Notes under the pieces: generated by a model
Database searches by the model: none
Told to the model about the DNA's origin: nothing
The model's input: only the letters and a program-made list of their open reading frames with translations
Part shown: positions 18,320 through 22,646 of the stretch, in pieces
How positions within the stretch are numbered: position 1 is the first letter of the stretch
Layout of the letters: each line of letters begins with the position of its first letter
Assembly (NCBI GenBank): GCA_048938025.1
Contig: JBHLMP010000003.1
Coordinates: forward strand, 66,608-89,253
Source: Promethearchaeota archaeon
GTDB taxonomy: Archaea; Asgardarchaeota; Lokiarchaeia; Sigyniarchaeales; SOKP01
Reading direction: 5' to 3'
DNA: 22,646 nt
Program-made: the position numbers and the translations under genes

Positions 18320-18847
18320 TTAATTCCCCCCTCCGATCTGATATTTATATATTTGAATACATGTTTTATTTCCATAGGTTCGAGACTCTTTTACTTCAAA
18401 TGGTTCTAAAAAAACTGATGAAGAATCCTTTGAAATGGAGTTAATTTGAGTGATGAGCTCAGACACCATGCCAATAACTATTTCACAACCAGCTACTTCA
18501 ATATCTTCGTAATGATATTTACATAATGAACATTTAGAATCTCGTACTATTACTAATTTCTCACTCTCATTAATTTCTATTGAAATATAGCTCCCAAGAA
18601 CTTTTTGATATATTGTTGTAATAAAATCCTTTAAATTAGAAATATTAACTATGTGTGTAGGTTTCCAATGATTAACATATGTCCGAGCGATACTTTTACC
18701 CATCCTCCTTAATCTTTCTTTTATATCTGATACTCCATTTTTATCCATGAAACGTGCTAAGTGGTATATAGCATTCCGCATTTGATTCATAGTCGCCTCT
18801 GATTGAATCAATTCTTCTCTTGTATAATTCATAATTATGTTTTCCAA
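18320..18847 (-). CDS. V4R / TRAPP-Bet3-like protein
   Basis: ERLRRMGKSIAR...LKDFITTIYQKVLG (Bet3-like), CSLC, CEIVIGMV, ESRTYGNKTC. Stop lies 2 nt before the next ATG, with GGAGG upstream of that ATG. Confidence 0.7.
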   Translation of the reverse strand: MENIIMNYTREELIQSEATMNQMRNAIYHLARFMDKNGVSDIKERLRRMGKSIARTYVNHWKPTHIVNISNLKDFITTIYQKVLGSYISIEINESEKLVIVRDSKCSLCKYHYEDIEVAGCEIVIGMVSELITQINSISKDSSSVFLEPFEVKESRTYGNKTCIQIYKYQIGGGN

Positions 18848-18980
18848 TCTTTTATTAAATTAAATATTGAAAAATACCATTACATAAAAAATTTTTAATT
18901 CGAATAATAGATTATTAGTATGATTTCTTAAGATTTTTAGGAATAGCCTAAAAAAAATTAAAGAAAAATAAAAAAATATT

Positions 18981-19371
18981 TTAGATTGCTTCTATTTTTT
19001 GAATAATTTCTCTAAAGATTTGTTCGCCAACGGCCCCTAACATCATCCCATTTCGAATTAATTGCTGACCTTGTACTTCAATTGGATGATTTAACAGCTC
19101 ACCATTCTTGAAAAACAGAATTGTTGGAATAGCAGTTACTCCAAATCTTTAGCGGCTACTTTTTTAGTTAGCTTTCGCCTAGAGGTCTGTTTTGATCAAG
19201 ATCGGTAGCTAAAAGATGGAATAATCCTTCATGTTCTAATTTTTCTAATATAGGGGACACGAACTTGCAGGGACCGCACCATTCTGTATATATATCTACT
19301 ACAGTAATTCCTTCCTTCATGTCATTTGTAATTGGCAAACCAAATTCTTTTAAATCTTCAATATTTACCAT
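18981..19371 (-). CDS. trxA: Thioredoxin, split: exon 1 19371-19174 (66 codons) + exon 2 19148-18981 (55 codons + stop); predicted spliced product 121 aa
   Basis: Exon 1: VVDIYTEWCGPCK...DLDQNRPLGE. Exon 2 in another frame: RFGVTAIPTILFFKNGELL...MLGAVGEQIFREIIQKIEAI*, including the cis-Pro motif. Joining gives the canonical ...DQNRPLGERFGVTAIPT... Confidence 0.85.
19149..19173 (-). other. Candidate 25-nt BHB-type mRNA intron AGCTAACTAAAAAAGTAGCCGCTAA
   Basis: [GGCG](AA^A)GCTAACT-AAAAA-AGTAGC[CGCT](AA^A): 4-bp central helix, two AAA bulge segments, intron hairpin. Canonical cuts restore the frame exactly. Confidence 0.8.
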
Positions 19372-19403
19372 TTTTTATATCTCGGTTTAGTTTAATTTTG
19401 TGA

Positions 19404-19426
19404 GAATTTTAGCACAACTAAAATTC
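19404..19426. repeat. Perfect 9-bp inverted repeat GAATTTTAG-cacaa-CTAAAATTC upstream of trx
   Basis: Read directly. It lies 33-55 nt upstream of the trx ATG, downstream of a TATA-like TATATAAA (19468-19461, - strand). Confidence 0.5.
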
Positions 19427-19654
19427 GTTAAATTGATAAAATTTTACTAATTGTTATGGATTTATATACACCGTTTCTTTTTATTCTTTTTATTTTCATG
19501 CTATAAATAAATAAGCAGTTTTAATTCTAAAAAAAACACTTTTTCTGTTAACATTTACTAAAATAAAATTTGTACTTATTATTGAAAAAAAATAATTTTA
19601 AAATTAAAAGAGAGTTATTATAATTAAATTAAGAATAATTGCGTGTTAATTAAA

Positions 19655-20161
19655 ATGGCAACATTGGATTTTGATTTTAGAAACCAGATTATTCAATCAG
19701 ACATTGGAAGTACACTTGCTTATTGTTATCAGTGTGCAACTTGTAGTGGTGCTTGTCCTGTGGCACAGGTTACTCAAGGACGTTATAATCCAAGAAGATT
19801 AATTTTAGATGCATTATTGGGTTTAAAAGAAAAGATTTTTGGCAAGGAGAATGCATTCAATATCTGGGGATGTACGGTATGCGATACTTGTGATGAGGTT
19901 TGCCCTCAAAAGGTGGAATTAACAGAGATTTTTACTATACTCAAAAATATGAGTATTGAGAGAGGGGAGGGTCCCGAATATTATACGATACAGGCATCAA
20001 CAATCTTAGAAAATGGTAAAGCTATTCCAATGCAACCCGCGATAGAGAGGAGAAGGGATCAATTGGGTTTACCAAAAGTATTAGCTCCAGATATTAAAGA
20101 AGTAAAAAAATTGTTAGAATCAACAAAATTAACTGGAAAGCTTCCAAATAAAGAAGAATAA
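19655..20161 (+). CDS. hdrC: Heterodisulfide reductase subunit C-like 2x[4Fe-4S] protein
   Basis: CYQCATCSGACP, YNPRRLI, IWGCTVCDTCDEVCPQ, RRDQLGLP. ATG at 19655 preferred over GTG at 19643. Confidence 0.88.
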   Translation: MATLDFDFRNQIIQSDIGSTLAYCYQCATCSGACPVAQVTQGRYNPRRLILDALLGLKEKIFGKENAFNIWGCTVCDTCDEVCPQKVELTEIFTILKNMSIERGEGPEYYTIQASTILENGKAIPMQPAIERRRDQLGLPKVLAPDIKEVKKLLESTKLTGKLPNKEE

Positions 20162-20285
20162 TAAATTTATTCTTTATATTATTTTTCAATTTCTTACTTT
20201 ATATATAATTTTAATTTTATAAATGATTTAACTACTATTATATAAATTATAAATAATCAAAATTAGTTAGATGAGGTTATAAAAA

Positions 20286-21056
20286 GTGAGGAAACCTATA
20301 ATTGCGGGCAATTGGAAGATGAATCGGGGTACTCCAGAAGGAGTAAAGGAAATGTTAAAAAAATTTATACCTCAAGTAAAGGGGATTGATATAGTTAATA
20401 TTGTAATCTGTGCTCCTTTTACTGCTCTACATCCCTTAATTGAAATCACAAAAAAGACAAATATTAAAGTTGGTGCTCAAAATATGTATTTTGAGGATAA
20501 AGGAGCATTTACTGGAGAAATATCTCCATATTTTTTAAAAGCTTTAGGAGTCGAATATGTTATTCTTGGGCATAGTGAAAGAAGGGACATATTCAAGGAA
20601 TCTGACGAATTAATTAATAAAAAGCTTAAAAAAGCACTGTTTATGGATTTAAAACCTATTGTATGTATTGGTGAACATTTGGATGAGAGAGAATCGGGTA
20701 AAACTAAAGAAGTTATTGAATTTCAAATGAATGCAACATTTAAAGAAATAAATAAAGATCAAATGAAGAAAACTGTAATCGCATATGAACCAATTTGGGC
20801 AATAGGAACTGGAAAAACAGCAACTCCTGAACAAGCAGAAGAGATACATGTGTTTATTCGCGACCTTTTATCTCAAAAATATGATAAAGAAACTGCAGAT
20901 TCAGTGAAAATCCAATATGGTGGTTCAATTAAACCTTTAAATGCAAAAGATTTATTTAAAAAGGAAAATATTGATGGTGGCTTGGTTGGGGGTGCTTCAC
21001 TCCAAGCAGATTCATTAACTCAAATAATTAAAGCAGCTGAAGATACAATTAAATAA
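20286..21056 (+). CDS. tpiA: Triosephosphate isomerase, bacterial/eukaryotic type
   Basis: AGNWKMN, GAFTGEIS, GHSERR, AYEPIWAIGTGK, YGGS, GGLVGGASL. 256 aa. GAGGT upstream of the GTG start. Confidence 0.97.
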   Translation: MRKPIIAGNWKMNRGTPEGVKEMLKKFIPQVKGIDIVNIVICAPFTALHPLIEITKKTNIKVGAQNMYFEDKGAFTGEISPYFLKALGVEYVILGHSERRDIFKESDELINKKLKKALFMDLKPIVCIGEHLDERESGKTKEVIEFQMNATFKEINKDQMKKTVIAYEPIWAIGTGKTATPEQAEEIHVFIRDLLSQKYDKETADSVKIQYGGSIKPLNAKDLFKKENIDGGLVGGASLQADSLTQIIKAAEDTIK

Positions 21057-21079
21057 TATATAACGATTTTCATAAAATA

Positions 21080-21946
21080 TTAACCAAGAATATCATTAAA
21101 GGAAGCAGTTAATTTTGCGGGAAATTCTCCAAAATAACTTTGAGGATCAGCAAAGAGTAGATAAAAATAGGGCTCAAATAATATATCTTCCACTGTTGGA
21201 CCTACACCTGATTTAACAATGCAGACTTGGATTTGCTCATCAGAAAGAAAAGATTGCCGATAAATCCATTCTAAAGGAAGTATTTTGGGTATAAATCCAA
21301 TATGTCTTAAAATTTGATTAACTTTTTCTAAGGAGTATTTTTTTCCAAAGACTATAATAGGTGAAAGATCAAATGAAGTGATACAAATTCCTTCTAAACC
21401 ATATCCCTTCATTTCGTTTAAAAAATCATTGGCTAAAAGTTTAATTTTATTCTTGTGATTTGATATTTGTTTTCTGGCTTTTGAATCGGTTAGAATATTG
21501 ATTATCTTATTTACTTCACTTTTCATCATTTCGTCTCCAGAATCAAGTGGAATCTTGGAAGTAATAATTGTGTTATATATTAATTTTATTTTCTCTTGTA
21601 CTGAATTATGTAATAAAAAGGGTTCTGTTTGCACAGTTATTAACACATCTCCTACGTGTTTTAGTTTATCTTTAGTAATTTGTGATTTGCTTTCCTTTTT
21701 AGGTTTAAATTCAAGGACTTCGATTTTTTTATCGATATTTCGAGCAAATTCAAACAGTGCAGATATTAAGCCTGCAGTAAGATCAAATTTTGAATCCAAA
21801 TCCATATGATCTTGATCAACAGATTTATCTTGGGAAAAATCAAAAAATCTAAGGAATATTTTCACGCCTTCGGGTATTGGTTCAATTTGTGTGTTAAAGT
21901 ATGGAAATCCTGTAGTAGAGATAATGCTTAATTCATATATGGTCAT
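21080..21946 (-). CDS. Longin-like domain protein, possibly with a second roadblock/profilin-like domain
   Basis: N-terminal IYELSIISTTGFPYF beta-hairpin and DLTAGLISALFEFA helix typical of Asgard longin-like domains. The C-terminal GLEGICITSFDLSPI resembles a roadblock strand pair. Confidence 0.6.
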   Translation of the reverse strand: MTIYELSIISTTGFPYFNTQIEPIPEGVKIFLRFFDFSQDKSVDQDHMDLDSKFDLTAGLISALFEFARNIDKKIEVLEFKPKKESKSQITKDKLKHVGDVLITVQTEPFLLHNSVQEKIKLIYNTIITSKIPLDSGDEMMKSEVNKIINILTDSKARKQISNHKNKIKLLANDFLNEMKGYGLEGICITSFDLSPIIVFGKKYSLEKVNQILRHIGFIPKILPLEWIYRQSFLSDEQIQVCIVKSGVGPTVEDILFEPYFYLLFADPQSYFGEFPAKLTASFNDILG

Positions 21947-22125
21947 TTATGTGAAGGTTTTAATTGTTGTTAATGGGATTTAATTTAACCCTTATTTTAT
22001 TAAGATTTAATATTTTTCCATTTAAAATAATTTAGTTAATTTTAAATTAATAAATTAGAATCAAGAAATATTTGAAAGATGTAGTTAAATAAATTACTTT
22101 TATTCAAAAAACTTATAAGAAGATC

Positions 22126-22646
22126 TTATGTAATGATAATAGTAGGCTTTCCTGGAAGAGATTGAATTGCTTTTTGTGCATTCGAATCTTTCTCAATTAA
22201 AATTTCAACCTCGCAGTTATATTTTTTCATGATTATTGATTTAATATCATGAAAAAATTTGTATTCCTCATTTGTGGTAAGAGTGAATTTTGGATATTTT
22301 CCTACATTTTTTAAAACTTTTATGATGAGTTGATTTATGAACTTACTATGAGGTTTTAAGTAATCTTTTTGCATGAGCGTTTTTATAATTTCACCTTTAT
22401 TTTTGGTTTCATTAATCAATGAAAGAAACAGTTTATAGAATCTATATTTCCATTCATCAGCTATGATAATTGAAATTTTATCTAATTCTTGTTTTCTCAT
22501 AACAGTTTTAATATTGTTAATGTCATCTAAAATATTGTTTATTAACTTCCATTTGAATTCATTTTCAAAAGTAAGTAATTCTTTGTTGTAAGAAGGCCAT
22601 AAAGCTAAACTAATAAATCCTTTTTTACCAATGATTTCCCAGATTT
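22126..22646 (-). CDS. leuS: Leucyl-tRNA synthetase (archaeal type), C-terminal part; gene begins beyond the window
   Basis: The frame is open to the edge: IWEIIGKKGFISLALWPSY...DDINNIKTV...IIIADEWKY...KAIQSLPGKPTIIIT*, matching the archaeal LeuRS C-terminal domain (KA..A.P.KPAI). The tracked 124-aa ORF is only its tail. Confidence 0.85.
   Translation of the reverse strand, partial: IWEIIGKKGFISLALWPSYNKELLTFENEFKWKLINNILDDINNIKTVMRKQELDKISIIIADEWKYRFYKLFLSLINETKNKGEIIKTLMQKDYLKPHSKFINQLIIKVLKNVGKYPKFTLTTNEEYKFFHDIKSIIMKKYNCEVEILIEKDSNAQKAIQSLPGKPTIIIT

Noticed and set aside
19063-19098. Possible second intron in trx exon 2 (extra ~10 aa, GCTG/CAGC pairing)
   Set aside because: Canonical cuts would remove 31 nt and break the frame, and there is no supporting hairpin. 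More likely a protein loop insertion.
19149-19173. Programmed frameshift, translational hop or single-base sequencing error as explanation of the split trx
   Set aside because: Stops occur in both relevant frames, including a TAA immediately before exon 2. The only matched hop codon (AGC to AGC) lands two codons before a stop. A homopolymer error would leave stops and 8 extra codons.
18981-20161. Selenocysteine recoding in trx or hdrC
   Set aside because: There is no in-frame TGA at catalytic positions, and the interrupting stops are TAA/TAG.
3-21809. Short tracked ORFs at 3-230, 2255-2455, 3219-3419, 4550-4771, 6272-6520, 7238-7468, 9626-9844, 15014-15226, 15640-15822, 17640-17858, 20649-20849, 21498-21809
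   Set aside because: They are antisense shadows of better-supported genes with no recognisable motifs.
1-22646. CRISPR arrays, rRNA, transposases or prophage genes
   Set aside because: No regularly spaced repeats, long GC-rich structural RNA or mobile-element proteins were seen.

Overview
AT-rich (roughly 27-30% GC by eye) archaeal chromosomal window, almost certainly from an Asgard archaeon of the Lokiarchaeia type. It carries a ribophorin I homolog, a eukaryote-like Sec61beta, roadblock/LC7, longin-like and V4R/TRAPP-Bet3-like genes among housekeeping genes (AglH-type GlcNAc-1-P transferase, Trm112, type II MetAP, HdrC, bacterial-type TpiA, 3' end of LeuRS). The main discovery is a thioredoxin gene split by a 25-nt insertion with stops in both coding frames. 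The insertion folds into a bulge-helix-bulge (BHB)-type splicing motif, and cutting at the canonical endonuclease positions restores the frame exactly, giving a 121-aa thioredoxin. This is a candidate tRNA-type intron in a protein-coding mRNA. A tRNA-Gln(UUG) in the same window has a 32-nt non-canonical T-loop (59/60) intron with matching junction geometry and an unusual C33. No CRISPR array, rRNA or mobile element was seen.
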